A stretch of DNA of 64,000 nucleotides from Alphaproteobacteria bacterium. GTDB lineage: Bacteria > Pseudomonadota > Alphaproteobacteria > Rs-D84. Both the position numbers and the translations under genes were made by a program. A model generated the notes under the pieces. It saw only the letters and a program-made list of their open reading frames with translations. It was not told the origin of the DNA and ran no database searches. This document shows positions 29,672-40,013 of the stretch, one piece after another; the first letter of the stretch is position 1; the number at the start of each line of letters is the position of its first letter. The DNA is taken from the NCBI GenBank assembly GCA_017511715.1, contig JAFWJF010000007.1:6421-70420 (forward strand), in the 5' to 3' direction.

Positions 29672-30514
29672 ATGTTTTCGAACTACAATAAAACCATGAT
29701 GAAAAAAGAAGATAAAAAAGTTGCCCTTTTTGCAGGTGCATTATCCTTGCCGTTTCAGACGCGCGATGCGTTGCGCAAAAACGGATGGGAAGTTTACGTG
29801 ATTGGGCTTAAAAATTTCTTTGACCCTGCGCTTAAGCCTGATTTAGTGATAAGGCTTGGCAATGGGGGACGTGCGGCGCGCGAATGCAAAAAACGCGGCA
29901 TACACAAACTGGTTTTTGTAGGCGCGCTTGGGCATATAAATTTATCAGACATTCGTCCTGACTTTTGGTCGATTTCTGTATTATTAAGTGTATTAAAACA
30001 TCAACGGGGGTATGATTCGATGGCTGTGGCATTTAACAAAGCGTTGGAAAAACGTGGCTATGAAATTGTGGCTGCACAAGATTTAGCACCGGAATTAACT
30101 TTCGAAAAGCCGGGTATTCAAACAAAAACGAAACCATCGCACGATGACGAAAAAGATATTGAACGCGCAATTCAGGTATCGCACACAATCGGCGTTGAAG
30201 ACATTGGGGCTTCTGTTGTTGTTGATAAACAAGTTATTGCAGTCGAAGCCGCCGAAGGTACCGCGCGCATGCTGGAACGCGTTGTTGAGATGCGTAAAAA
30301 CAGACGAAAAAAAGGTGGTGTATTTGCAAAAATGACAAAACCGGGGCAAGATTTAAGAATCGATATTCCTGCGATTGGTGTTGATACGGTGCGTGCTGTA
30401 TCTGCGGCAAAATTACACGGGATAATTGTAAACGCAAAGACTTGTTTTGTTATTGATAAACCCGCAGTAATTGCGGCGGCTAACAAAGCAAAGATATTTA
30501 TAAAAGCGATATAA
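29672..30514 (+). CDS. lpxI: UDP-2,3-diacylglucosamine hydrolase LpxI (DUF1009)
   Basis: 280 aa; pattern VIAVEAAEGTARMLERV and N-terminal KVALFAGALSLP resemble LpxI of alphaproteobacteria. Confidence 0.65.
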   Translation: MFSNYNKTMMKKEDKKVALFAGALSLPFQTRDALRKNGWEVYVIGLKNFFDPALKPDLVIRLGNGGRAARECKKRGIHKLVFVGALGHINLSDIRPDFWSISVLLSVLKHQRGYDSMAVAFNKALEKRGYEIVAAQDLAPELTFEKPGIQTKTKPSHDDEKDIERAIQVSHTIGVEDIGASVVVDKQVIAVEAAEGTARMLERVVEMRKNRRKKGGVFAKMTKPGQDLRIDIPAIGVDTVRAVSAAKLHGIIVNAKTCFVIDKPAVIAAANKAKIFIKAI

Positions 30515-30517
30515 AAA

Positions 30518-30545
30518 AACCGCCATTTTGGCGGTTTTCAATTAT
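30518..30545. terminator. Bidirectional terminator between lpxI and FKBP gene
   Basis: Hairpin accgccattttggcggt flanked by A- and T-runs. Confidence 0.5.
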
Positions 30546-30856
30546 TTTTTGATATCTTTTATTGTCACCTTGAACACAACATCTTTGCCGGCAAGGTTTG
30601 GAACATATTCTTTTGGGAAAGTGATATTAACATCACGTGTTTCACCAATTTTTGCCCCAATTAATTGTTCTTCAAATCCTGGAACGAATTGACCACTGCC
30701 TAATTTCAATGGATAATTTTCTGCTGTTCCGCCCGCGAATTGTTCTTCACCAAGAAAGCCAGCGAAATCAATAATTACTGTATCGCCGTTTTTTGCAGTT
30801 TTTTCACACGCACCAAGTGCCGCACACATTGCCAATATACCAACAAATTTTTTCAT
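30542..30856 (-). CDS. FKBP-type peptidyl-prolyl isomerase domain lipoprotein
   Basis: Lipobox LGAC; GDTVIIDFAGF...LGSGQFVPGFEEQLIGAKIGE matches FKBP/trigger-factor PPIase domain. Confidence 0.6.
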   Translation of the reverse strand: MKKFVGILAMCAALGACEKTAKNGDTVIIDFAGFLGEEQFAGGTAENYPLKLGSGQFVPGFEEQLIGAKIGETRDVNITFPKEYVPNLAGKDVVFKVTIKDIKK

Positions 30857-30873
30857 CTGTTTTCCCCTTTGTT

Positions 30874-31413
30874 TTAATTGTTATACACACATCTGAAACC
30901 GTATTCGCGCATAGATTCGCCTTCGGCTTCGACACGATAATCAAAGAATGACGTAGGACGCATTACTTCGAACGAAGGTCTGTCGTAAACGATTACTATG
31001 CTTTCAGCATTACGGCCACAAACTTTTTTCATCTCATAATCAGCGACATGTCCCAACACAGTTCTGGAATCAGCATCAATATCTGCGCCATCTGCATTCT
31101 GTATCAGACGCAAGCGCATTTCACGAACACTGGTATCACCCAACAAGATTTCAATACGAACCATTGTACCTTTGTATTCTTGCCATCTTGTTTCTTTACG
31201 CGAAGTATTCCAACGCGCTGCCGCTGCTTCCCGTTCTTTCATTGTGCGGGGTTGATACGAATCGATTTGGGCAAATTCATTTTTTTCAGTTATATATTGC
31301 GCGCTTTGTTCATCATAATATTCATCATCGCGCCCGGCGTATCCGCCATTATCTGTACTGCATGCCGCAACGGTTAACGCCAATCCCAGAATAAAAAATA
31401 TAGATTTTTTCAT
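30874..31413 (-). CDS. Hypothetical lipoprotein (179 aa)
   Basis: Lipobox VAAC; no recognisable domain. Confidence 0.45.
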   Translation of the reverse strand: MKKSIFFILGLALTVAACSTDNGGYAGRDDEYYDEQSAQYITEKNEFAQIDSYQPRTMKEREAAAARWNTSRKETRWQEYKGTMVRIEILLGDTSVREMRLRLIQNADGADIDADSRTVLGHVADYEMKKVCGRNAESIVIVYDRPSFEVMRPTSFFDYRVEAEGESMREYGFRCVYNN

Positions 31414-31459
31414 TTTTTCTCTCTTGGTTAGTTTTTTTTATTTTAACAAATAAACAATT

Positions 31460-32455
31460 TTGATTCAAGCCACGATTTATGATAAAATAAAAAATATGAC
31501 GAATGTAGTACTTGAATCTTTATTAAAGCCATTGGAAGAATTTTATCGCCCTTCCTTTGTTGAAGAAATCGCGATAAACCATGCTGGCGAAGTATGGATG
31601 CGCCTTAACGGTGGGCGTGTTCCATGGGTTTCTTATAACGCAGATATTTTATCTAAACAGTATTTGGTCGATTTAATTCACACGGTTGCAAACATATACG
31701 AACGCCCATTTGATCCGATTCATGGTGTGCCGGTTGTTTATGCGACTTTGCCGGGCAATCATCGTTTTTCTGCGATTGCTGGTCCAAATGTTCAGTATGA
31801 TGAAAACGATGTCACCGGGGGGGTTGCATTAAATATTCGCGGCGGTGGCGTTAACGAGACCAGTTTCGAGAATTATCATCTTAAACGTGGGGAAAAATTA
31901 CTAAAAATAAAACCGCGCGAAAATGTCCGCCCTGATGACCCATACGAACGATTGATGTCCGCAATAAATGACGGCAGTCCGATTTTAATATCAGGCGCAA
32001 CATCAACAGGTAAGACCACATTCCTTAATCACATGTTGACATTGATAGACCAAAACAGTCGCGTTATCACTGTCGAAGATGCGCGCGAAATTCGTGTTCC
32101 GCAAAAAAATCGTGTTCATTTTGTCTTGTCACGGACGGAACAAACAAACGATTTTAATTATGCACGATTGCTTGATTTGGTTGTTCGCATGACCCCAGAT
32201 GTTATAATCGGTGGGGAAATATCCACTGATAATGCAGCGGTACTTTGGGAAATGTTGGGAACCGGGCATGACCATTTTTACACAACAATCCATGCAGAAA
32301 GCGCAGAAGCAGCATATGCCGCATTCGCAGACCGCATATTGCATACCCAACCCGCATACGACAGAACCGATTTAATCGCAGAAATGAAAAAGAAAATTCG
32401 TGTAGTCCAACTTTCACGCGAAGGGACTTTGCGTGCTGTAACGGAAGTTGTTTAA
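31460..32455 (+). CDS. VirB11/TrbB-family type IV secretion ATPase (orphan)
   Basis: Walker A GATSTGKTT, Asp box and His box spacing typical of P-loop T2SS/T4SS ATPases, ~320 aa like TrbB/VirB11; true start may be the internal Met at ~31496. Confidence 0.7.
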   Translation: MIQATIYDKIKNMTNVVLESLLKPLEEFYRPSFVEEIAINHAGEVWMRLNGGRVPWVSYNADILSKQYLVDLIHTVANIYERPFDPIHGVPVVYATLPGNHRFSAIAGPNVQYDENDVTGGVALNIRGGGVNETSFENYHLKRGEKLLKIKPRENVRPDDPYERLMSAINDGSPILISGATSTGKTTFLNHMLTLIDQNSRVITVEDAREIRVPQKNRVHFVLSRTEQTNDFNYARLLDLVVRMTPDVIIGGEISTDNAAVLWEMLGTGHDHFYTTIHAESAEAAYAAFADRILHTQPAYDRTDLIAEMKKKIRVVQLSREGTLRAVTEVV

Positions 32456-32488
32456 TAAATTCTTAATAAAAAACAAAAGGAAACAAAA

Positions 32489-32896
32489 ATGTACACTGAT
32501 ATCGAAAAACAATTAAATAAAATCACAGACACTCTGAAACAAGAACTGTTGGCAGCAAACGCCATTGATGAAGCGGGTCATGCGACAGATGTAAAAAAAT
32601 TCAATGAAATAATTGATGCGAAAATCGCGCAACTTAATGAAATAATGGCAACAACTGAAAAAGACGGTGTCACCATTGACCGATATGGCGCGAATATTGC
32701 CGGCAACAGAATTGACAGACTTGAAAAAATAAAAGAACATAATGTATTAAGCCCGGAAACATCATGGATTGAAAAAGAAGAAAAGTCTACCGCACGAAAA
32801 TCAGAAAAAACATCGGCATTTAACATGGGAATAAAGAAATTGTTTTCAATGTTTCAATCGCGTACAAAGATAAATTCGCCAGAAAACAACAGATAA
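32489..32896 (+). CDS. Coiled-coil hypothetical protein (135 aa)
   Basis: RBS aaaggaaac; helical, Lys/Glu-rich. Confidence 0.35.
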   Translation: MYTDIEKQLNKITDTLKQELLAANAIDEAGHATDVKKFNEIIDAKIAQLNEIMATTEKDGVTIDRYGANIAGNRIDRLEKIKEHNVLSPETSWIEKEEKSTARKSEKTSAFNMGIKKLFSMFQSRTKINSPENNR

Positions 32897-32943
32897 AGTT
32901 TGTCTTAACAATAAAAAACACCGCCCAGATGGGCGGTGTTTTT

Positions 32944-33405
32944 TTATTTTTGTGGCAGGCTGTTTTGCACAGCAGAGCTAAAAAGGCCACTGCGCATCCT
33001 CGGTAGCGTCTGAACATAGTTTGAAGCACAAAATTGTGCGCAAGAGTTTGAACAAGTACTTACATGTCCTCTGCTATATCCATACACCCAAGCAGACAAA
33101 GCAGGATGTGTCATCCGACACCAACAATATTGACCGTTTGTTTCCCCACCAACAACCAATTCACCGTTATCATGCAGGTCTGCTGTTCCAGAACTCTGAT
33201 TAGTATTCAAACACGCCGAGCGACCATGAATTGTTCCGTATGGAAATATAACATGCCATGTCGCGTTTGGATTATCATAGTAAGAGCTAACGCCATCAAT
33301 AGACGGGTCCAGCACTATTGTTATTGTGTCGTTTTTGGAACACATTGTCGCGGCAGGCAATGCCATCGGTAATATCATCGCAATTATTATTATCAGTTTC
33401 TTCAT
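32944..33405 (-). CDS. Secreted cysteine-rich protein, paralog family member (153 aa)
   Basis: Signal peptide; C-terminal motif GxYCWCxM...W.YGY...CxxxCxxxCAS...R.G.FSSAVQ shared with 33533-33988 and 40241-41413. Confidence 0.5.
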   Translation of the reverse strand: MKKLIIIIAMILPMALPAATMCSKNDTITIVLDPSIDGVSSYYDNPNATWHVIFPYGTIHGRSACLNTNQSSGTADLHDNGELVVGGETNGQYCWCRMTHPALSAWVYGYSRGHVSTCSNSCAQFCASNYVQTLPRMRSGLFSSAVQNSLPQK

Positions 33406-33532
33406 CCTTCCTTTCCTTTTTGTTTTGTTTGTTTAGTTCCCAGACTTGCATCCTTTTGATTAGGGGTGGGCTGTATTAAAAAAAGAAAGTTTGTCGTTTT
33501 TCCACCCCTAATCAAAAGGACTTGCCGCCCTT

Positions 33533-33988
33533 TTACCACATCGATTCAAATACCGCTGTGCGAAATGTGTCATCGTCCTTCATCGCATCTGCGCAATCGG
33601 TCGTGCATGTCGATGCACACGCTGAATCTGTCGAATATGATTTAAGGTATATCCAATATGATGTCGGACCGCTTTCGTATCCATATGCTGGCACGGGCCA
33701 CATTTCACACCAACAATGTATCCCTACATCCTCCGCCCCTGTTACAAGGTTCGTCTTTGGCGTGTTTGCCACACCACTTATATCATTACACGATGCATAG
33801 CCCGTTAATGTCTGATCCGGAAACACCACTTTCCATGCTTTGTTTGTCGTATCCACCTGTTTCGATGTCCCGTCCACGTTCTTTCTGAATATCCCTATGT
33901 AACTGTTAGTTTTCACACAGGTCGTAAATCCATACGCAGACATACCTGTCGTTATTATTGTTATTATTATCAATATTGCCTTTCTCAT
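33533..33988 (-). CDS. Secreted cysteine-rich protein, paralog family member (151 aa)
   Basis: Signal peptide; HCWCEMWPVPAYGY ... CASTCTTDCAD ... FRTAVFESMW. Confidence 0.5.
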   Translation of the reverse strand: MRKAILIIITIITTGMSAYGFTTCVKTNSYIGIFRKNVDGTSKQVDTTNKAWKVVFPDQTLTGYASCNDISGVANTPKTNLVTGAEDVGIHCWCEMWPVPAYGYESGPTSYWIYLKSYSTDSACASTCTTDCADAMKDDDTFRTAVFESMW

Positions 33989-33996
33989 ATCCCCCC

Positions 33997-34767
33997 CTAT
34001 TTAATTAGATGTAAATCGTTATCACCGTATCGAACCCACACACTCGTTTCGTCCGTTGGTTCGTCCGTCAAATTCCCATAACATACACCATTGTTATACC
34101 CAACATTTAATGATGGTTGTGTCTGTGCGCTTGACCACAATGGAACAATAACGCCGTTGCTGGTCCGAAATGTCGTTATACCCAACCCACACAAAGTTGC
34201 ACATGTCCCCGCATTAGTCGTTAATTGTCCATCTTCACAAAAACTTACACATGTCGAAGCTGTCAAATCATATCCACATGAATCTTGTGCAATATATTGG
34301 CTGTATCCGGTCGCACACGAACCGTTTTTAGGCGCAAATGATGCAGAACCCGCCGCAACACCATAATAACCAGTCGGACAATTTGTCGTCCCATATGTCG
34401 TACATGTCGTATTGTCCGGCGAATAACCATTATCACAAAGTAATATTTCACTGCCAACAATTGCCCCATTATGTATTACCGCCACTGTTGTATCTGGTAA
34501 TGTTCGTGGTTCGTATCCACTAATATCGCACAAATCTTCAGATGGTGTCGTTATCATAAACGATTCCGAAGATGGCGTTATATCATGATATCCCGAATCA
34601 CAATTACCAATGCCGTATGTCGTACATGTCGTATTGTCCGGTGAATAACCATTATCACAGAGTAATACTTCACTGCCAACAATTTGCGCAGCAAAAAGCG
34701 CGCTTGTAAAAAACAAGCAACAAATGTTTATTCTTAAAATTCGCAAAAAATAGCTACCTTTGCTCAT
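33997..34767 (-). CDS. Secreted cysteine-rich protein with internal duplication (256 aa)
   Basis: Signal peptide; duplicated IVGSE(V/I)LLCDNGYSPDNTTCTTYG module; first gene of operon behind conserved leader. Confidence 0.5.
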   Translation of the reverse strand: MSKGSYFLRILRINICCLFFTSALFAAQIVGSEVLLCDNGYSPDNTTCTTYGIGNCDSGYHDITPSSESFMITTPSEDLCDISGYEPRTLPDTTVAVIHNGAIVGSEILLCDNGYSPDNTTCTTYGTTNCPTGYYGVAAGSASFAPKNGSCATGYSQYIAQDSCGYDLTASTCVSFCEDGQLTTNAGTCATLCGLGITTFRTSNGVIVPLWSSAQTQPSLNVGYNNGVCYGNLTDEPTDETSVWVRYGDNDLHLIK

Positions 34768-34895
34768 CTTTATTCCGCCCTAAAAACCACCAAATGTTTT
34801 AGGTGGTTGGAGGTTAGTAGCTATAAAAACAGTATAGTGCGCTTATTTATATATATCCGCGCCCTCCAACCTATTCCATGGTTGGAGGCGTTTAT
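34768..34895 (-). promoter_or_regulatory. Conserved structured 5' leader (copy X): hairpin CCUCCAACC/GGUUGGAGG, second CCUCCAACC, terminator-like hairpin + U-run
   Basis: Minus-strand hairpin 34861-34890. Second aaccuccaacc at ~34805-34815 overlaps stem ccacc-uaaaacauuu-ggugg + UUUUU (34782-34806), 15 nt before ATG. Same architecture upstream of 40241. Confidence 0.5.
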
Positions 34896-35088
34896 CGTCC
34901 GCTTTCGACGCTGTTTTCCAATGGCTACTACACCACATCAACAGAACACCTGTTGACACAGCTAGCGTAGCAAAAATATTATGAATCTTTCAAGAGTTTT
35001 TTTTACAAGTATGTTTTCATATTATTTGTGTGTATATCAAAGGCATTAAATTTAACCCATCCGCACACCACAAAATTAATCTTTAATA

Positions 35089-37284
35089 CTACACAAAACT
35101 TTGTGGGTTGACATCAATTTTTACACGAACATTTGTCGGTTGTTTTACTTTGTCCAACCACGCACGAACTATCGGTTGCAGATTCGCACGCGCATTACCA
35201 GACACCAAAAATCGCATACGATACCAATTTCTTATTTGATATATTTGTGCCGCGATTGGACCCATTATTTTACCGCCATTTAATGTCGGCGCTGCATGCG
35301 ATAATTCGGCGCAATATTTTTTAAGTGTTGATTCTTTGTCTGCTTCCACTATGACGGCTATCAGTTGTCCAAAAGGTGGCATTTGTGCCATGCGTCTTGA
35401 TTCCATATCAGATGCCATAAATTCGTCCCTGTCACCTGCACAAATCGCACGAATAACAGGATGTTCTGGTTGAAATGTTTGCAATAATACGCGTCCTGGG
35501 AATTCGCCACGCCCGGCGCGCCCCGCAACCTGAAACAGTTGTTGAAAAGTATGTTCCCCGGCGCGAAAATCTGTACCAAACAACCCCATATCTGCATCAA
35601 CGACACCAACCAAAGTCAAATTTGGGAAATGATGACCCTTGGCTAAAATTTGTGTTCCGATAATTATATCTATTTCGCCGTTTTCCATTTTGTGAACAAG
35701 GCGTTCCAACGCTTCGCGCGACATAATTGTATCACTGGACACCAGTGCAATACGCGCCTTTGGAAATTTTGACGCAACTTCTTCTTCTATTTTTTCCAGA
35801 CCTGCCCCACGCATTGAAACACTGTTTTTGCATTGCGGACAAACTGTCGGCAGATTTTCCATCCGCCCACACATATGACAAACCAGTTTGTTTATATGCT
35901 TATGATAATTATACGAAGTGGAACAATCAGGACAACCCGCAACCCAACCACATTTTTTACACTGAACAATCGGTGCAAACCCACGGCGGTTTATAAACAA
36001 CATCACCTGTTTATGATTTGCCAATGTGTCTGTGATTTCAGAACATAATTGCGGCGAAAGATTTCCAGATTTTTCTTCTTCTTCGACTTTATAAGAATCT
36101 GGACGATTAGCGCGCATATCGATTGTTTCTATGGTTGGCATTTGCGCACCGCCAAATCGCGAAGTCAATCGCAACCTGTTGTATTTCCCCAGCGCAACAT
36201 TATGCAAAGTTTCAACAGACGGTGTCGCAGATACCAACACTATTGGGAAACCCGCAATCTTTGCACGTAATATCGCCATGTCGCGTGCATGATAATTCCC
36301 CATGTCTTCTTGCTTATACGAAGTATCATGTTCTTCATCAACAACTATCAATCCTAAATTTTGCCACGGCAGAAATAACGCACTGCGCGTACCAACAACT
36401 ATGCGAATATCACCACGCGCAACCCCACGCCAAATATCACGCCGGCGCGCTGATGTCAAATTACTGTGCCAGACAACAGGTGGTGCACCGAAACGTTTTG
36501 TAAACCTGTCCATGAATTGTGCAGTTAATGCGATTTCTGGCATCATTAACAAAACCGATTTTCCAGCATTATATGCACGCAACACAGAATCAAAGTAAAC
36601 CTGAGTCTTGCCAGAACCTGTTATTCCGTCTAACAAATGCACAGAAAAATTGTTCGCGCTTATTGCGGTTGCTATTGTGTCTGCTGCCGCGCGCTGTTCG
36701 TCGTTCAATGTCACAGAACCTGTATCAAAATACTTATACTGGAAACGAGTATCTTTTATTTCACGCACATGAACAGGTGTTAAAACCGCGTTCTTTATCA
36801 TTGTTTTAACAACAGCACCGCTGACATGTGCAATATTTATGATATCGTTCACAGACATTGCTTCGTTATCATTAGAAGAAAAAGCATCTGCCACACTTTG
36901 ACGCGCATCTGTCATTTTAACCTTGGTATCAAAATTGAAATTGTATAACTGTTCTATTTTCGGGGCAGAAAAAGCATCCGGGACATTAAGAATCAATCGC
37001 AAAACCGCCCCTGGCGCCATAAGTGTCCAATCTGACATTTTATATATCCAATCTATGTCAGACGGCGACATTTTCCCCAATTTACAGATTTCAATAACAG
37101 ACTTTATCTTTGATTCTTCCAATCCACTGTCACCCGGACCAACGATTACACCAACATATTGCCGGTTCATGACCGTCACACGTGCAAACGCGCCGATTTC
37201 TGCACTTTCATTTAAACGATAATCATAGCCCCGATTGATAACATTGGGGACAAGAACTTTCACAATATCGCCAGGTTGAAACAT
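35089..37284 (-). CDS. priA: Primosomal protein N' (replication restart helicase)
   Basis: 731 aa, Walker A GITGSGKT, DEEH box, Cys-rich zinc-binding insertion (CxxC x4). Confidence 0.92.
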   Translation of the reverse strand: MFQPGDIVKVLVPNVINRGYDYRLNESAEIGAFARVTVMNRQYVGVIVGPGDSGLEESKIKSVIEICKLGKMSPSDIDWIYKMSDWTLMAPGAVLRLILNVPDAFSAPKIEQLYNFNFDTKVKMTDARQSVADAFSSNDNEAMSVNDIINIAHVSGAVVKTMIKNAVLTPVHVREIKDTRFQYKYFDTGSVTLNDEQRAAADTIATAISANNFSVHLLDGITGSGKTQVYFDSVLRAYNAGKSVLLMMPEIALTAQFMDRFTKRFGAPPVVWHSNLTSARRRDIWRGVARGDIRIVVGTRSALFLPWQNLGLIVVDEEHDTSYKQEDMGNYHARDMAILRAKIAGFPIVLVSATPSVETLHNVALGKYNRLRLTSRFGGAQMPTIETIDMRANRPDSYKVEEEEKSGNLSPQLCSEITDTLANHKQVMLFINRRGFAPIVQCKKCGWVAGCPDCSTSYNYHKHINKLVCHMCGRMENLPTVCPQCKNSVSMRGAGLEKIEEEVASKFPKARIALVSSDTIMSREALERLVHKMENGEIDIIIGTQILAKGHHFPNLTLVGVVDADMGLFGTDFRAGEHTFQQLFQVAGRAGRGEFPGRVLLQTFQPEHPVIRAICAGDRDEFMASDMESRRMAQMPPFGQLIAVIVEADKESTLKKYCAELSHAAPTLNGGKIMGPIAAQIYQIRNWYRMRFLVSGNARANLQPIVRAWLDKVKQPTNVRVKIDVNPQSFV

Positions 37285-37397
37285 GTTATTAAATTAGCTG
37301 TTTTTTTTATTTTTTTCAACAGACAAATAAAAATGTTGACAATTCGCGTTTTTGTATTATATTAACATTAAATAAAACCTAAACAAAGGAAAACCAA

Positions 37398-37928
37398 ATG
37401 GCAAAATCTAAACAACTTAAACAAAAACGCGCAATGCAGGTTGCGGAAGCAGAAGCTCAATTTGAAGCATACAAAGATTTTATTGTCAAAGAATTCATTG
37501 AAAAATTCGGCGGTTCTTATCAAACAGCCGAAAACATGAAAGACATTTGGCGCGACAGTTTTGTTTTTCGCCCAGAATGCGAACAATTTCTGATATCAAA
37601 AACAAAATTATTTATAAACCTGATGGGCGATTGCCATACCAGCGCAAGTCCTTGTTTTTTAAGAGTTATTACCGGCAGAATCAGCGAATACTTGGCGCGC
37701 TATATATGCAAAAAAGGCATATCCCGTAATGATTGCGTCAATCAGTTAAGAGATATCTTCTTTGTGAACAATCATCACGTAGGCCACGAAATAAGACGTT
37801 ATAAATCTGAAGAGAAAAAAGCCTATGCCATGAAATGTAGAGCAAAAAAACAAGCCGCACAAAAGGCAGCAAAAAAACAAGAACAATTGTTGCAAATACA
37901 AATTTTTGTTAATGAAAGCGTAAGATAA
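37398..37928 (+). CDS. Hypothetical protein (176 aa)
   Basis: Promoter ttgaca-17-tatatt upstream; Lys-rich termini; no family recognised. Confidence 0.35.
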   Translation: MAKSKQLKQKRAMQVAEAEAQFEAYKDFIVKEFIEKFGGSYQTAENMKDIWRDSFVFRPECEQFLISKTKLFINLMGDCHTSASPCFLRVITGRISEYLARYICKKGISRNDCVNQLRDIFFVNNHHVGHEIRRYKSEEKKAYAMKCRAKKQAAQKAAKKQEQLLQIQIFVNESVR

Positions 37929-37930
37929 AA

Positions 37931-38827
37931 TTATAATTGTTCAATTACACGTTCCAAATCTTTGTCGTTTGGAACGTTTTTTATTTCAATATCTGCGTTG
38001 TATTGCCCGTTAAACCAAGTACGTTGACGTTTTGCATATTGATTTGTTTTTGTTGTCCAATTTTCAATTGCTTCATTTTCTGAAATTTTTCCACGCAACA
38101 TATCACAAATTTGCACTGCACCAATCGCACGCGATGAATCAAGGTTATTTTTTATTATATTTGCACCCTCTTCCAGTGCACCACCTTTTATCATTTCAGG
38201 AATTCGCGATGCAATTCGTTTTAACAAATCTGCGCGTTCCGGCATAATCAAGACCCGCAGTGCATCAGGCACCACCGCACAATCACGTGGTTTTTTTTGC
38301 CAATCTGTTATATGTTTTCCCGTTTCAAGAAAAACTTCCAACGCCCGTGCAATTCTTTGTGGGTCTGTCGCGACAAATTCGGTTGGCAACATTTTTTTTG
38401 CACTTTCAATATCTTCTGCAACCATTTCGCGCGCTTTATTACGATTCGATTCGCAAACTTCTGGAATTTGCGAAATACCGTTTATAAGAACATTTATGTA
38501 ATATCCTGTCCCGCCAACAAAGATTGGCACTTTGCCCATCGCAACGACTTCATCAAATGCCTGTTTTGCCAATGCTAAATAATCTGCCACGCTGATATGT
38601 TCATTCAGCGAAAGAATTGAAAACAGTTTATATGGCACACCATCTATTTCATCAAACCTGCCAGAAATTTCCGCGAACGGTGATGCGGATATATTTTCAA
38701 TTCCACGATATATTTGCACACTGTCCGCGTTTATGATTGCACCATTGATACGCTTTGCCAGTTTATGTGCAAATTCAGATTTCCCCGATGCAGTCGGTCC
38801 TGCGATAATAATTGCGTTGTGTTTCAT
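37931..38827 (-). CDS. miaA: tRNA dimethylallyltransferase
   Basis: Start MKHNAIIIAGPTASGKS (P-loop); table ORF extends upstream with alternative start; 298 aa typical MiaA length. Confidence 0.88.
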   Translation of the reverse strand: MKHNAIIIAGPTASGKSEFAHKLAKRINGAIINADSVQIYRGIENISASPFAEISGRFDEIDGVPYKLFSILSLNEHISVADYLALAKQAFDEVVAMGKVPIFVGGTGYYINVLINGISQIPEVCESNRNKAREMVAEDIESAKKMLPTEFVATDPQRIARALEVFLETGKHITDWQKKPRDCAVVPDALRVLIMPERADLLKRIASRIPEMIKGGALEEGANIIKNNLDSSRAIGAVQICDMLRGKISENEAIENWTTKTNQYAKRQRTWFNGQYNADIEIKNVPNDKDLERVIEQL

Positions 38828-38946
38828 GGAACTATTATAAAATCGCGAATTTGGCTTTGCAAGGGAAGCCCCGAAAAAAATCCCGCTGTGTTTTTTTGCC
38901 TTTTTGTGATAGAATAGACGCATAGAAAAAAGAAAAAGGATAAAGG

Positions 38947-39945
38947 ATGAAAAAAATTCGTGTTGCAATAAATGGTTTTGGGCGCATTGGGCGTCTGGTA
39001 TTGCGTGCCGCATTGGAATCAGGTCGCAAAGATATTGAATTTGTCGCAGTTAATGATTTGGCCCCAGCGGACGAAAATGCATACTTGCTGGAATATGATT
39101 CCGTTCATGGTAAATTACCAGTGGATGTAAAGTTAGATGGCGAATATATTTTGGTTGGCGGACAAAAGATAAAATGTTTATCTGAACGCGACCCATCTAA
39201 ACTGCCATGGAAACAATTAAAGATAGATATTGTTATGGAATGCACGGGGCTGTTTACATCTGCGGATAAAGCACGCGTTCATTTGGACAACGGCGCAAGG
39301 CGCGTTTTGGTTTCTGCCCCATCGGCCGGCGCAGACAAGACAATCGTCTTTGGTGTTAACGAAAACAAATTGACCAAGAAAGATTTAATCGTATCAAATG
39401 CATCTTGCACAACAAATTGTTTGGCACCGGTATTAAATGTGCTGGATAAAAAATTCGGCATTATAAATGGATGGATGACAACTGTGCATGCATACACAGG
39501 CGACCAGCAACTTTTAGATAAAAACCACAAAGATTTCAGACGTGCACGTGCGGCAAACCTTTCGATGATTCCAACCAGCACCGGTGCCGCAAAGGCAATT
39601 GGTCTGGTATTGCCAAAATTATCCGGCAAAATGGATGGTATCGCAATTCGCGTTCCAACCCCAGATGTTTCTGTTGTTGAATTGGCGTTAAATGTGAACA
39701 AACGCGCAACGATTGATTCTGTGAATAAAGTAATGAAATCTGCTGAATCTGAAATATTGGGATACAATGATAAACCACTTGTTTCGATAGATTTCACAAA
39801 TGATAAACACAGTTCGATTTTTGATGCATCACAAACACGTGTAATTGATGAACATTTAATACACGTGACCGCGTGGTACGATAACGAATGGGGCTTTTCT
39901 AACCGTATGTGTGATACAGCCGTTGCGATTGGTAAAACTTTATAA
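38947..39945 (+). CDS. gap: Glyceraldehyde-3-phosphate dehydrogenase
   Basis: NGFGRIGR NAD motif, active-site SCTTNCLAP. Confidence 0.95.
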   Translation: MKKIRVAINGFGRIGRLVLRAALESGRKDIEFVAVNDLAPADENAYLLEYDSVHGKLPVDVKLDGEYILVGGQKIKCLSERDPSKLPWKQLKIDIVMECTGLFTSADKARVHLDNGARRVLVSAPSAGADKTIVFGVNENKLTKKDLIVSNASCTTNCLAPVLNVLDKKFGIINGWMTTVHAYTGDQQLLDKNHKDFRRARAANLSMIPTSTGAAKAIGLVLPKLSGKMDGIAIRVPTPDVSVVELALNVNKRATIDSVNKVMKSAESEILGYNDKPLVSIDFTNDKHSSIFDASQTRVIDEHLIHVTAWYDNEWGFSNRMCDTAVAIGKTL

Positions 39946-39953
39946 AATAAAAA

Positions 39954-39978
39954 TACCGCCAATACGGCGGTTTTTTTT
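39954..39978 (+). terminator. Intrinsic terminator after gap
   Basis: Hairpin accgccaatacggcggt + T8. Confidence 0.6.
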
Positions 39979-40013
39979 ATTTGTATTTCAAGTGATTTTT
40001 TTGTATAATCTAT

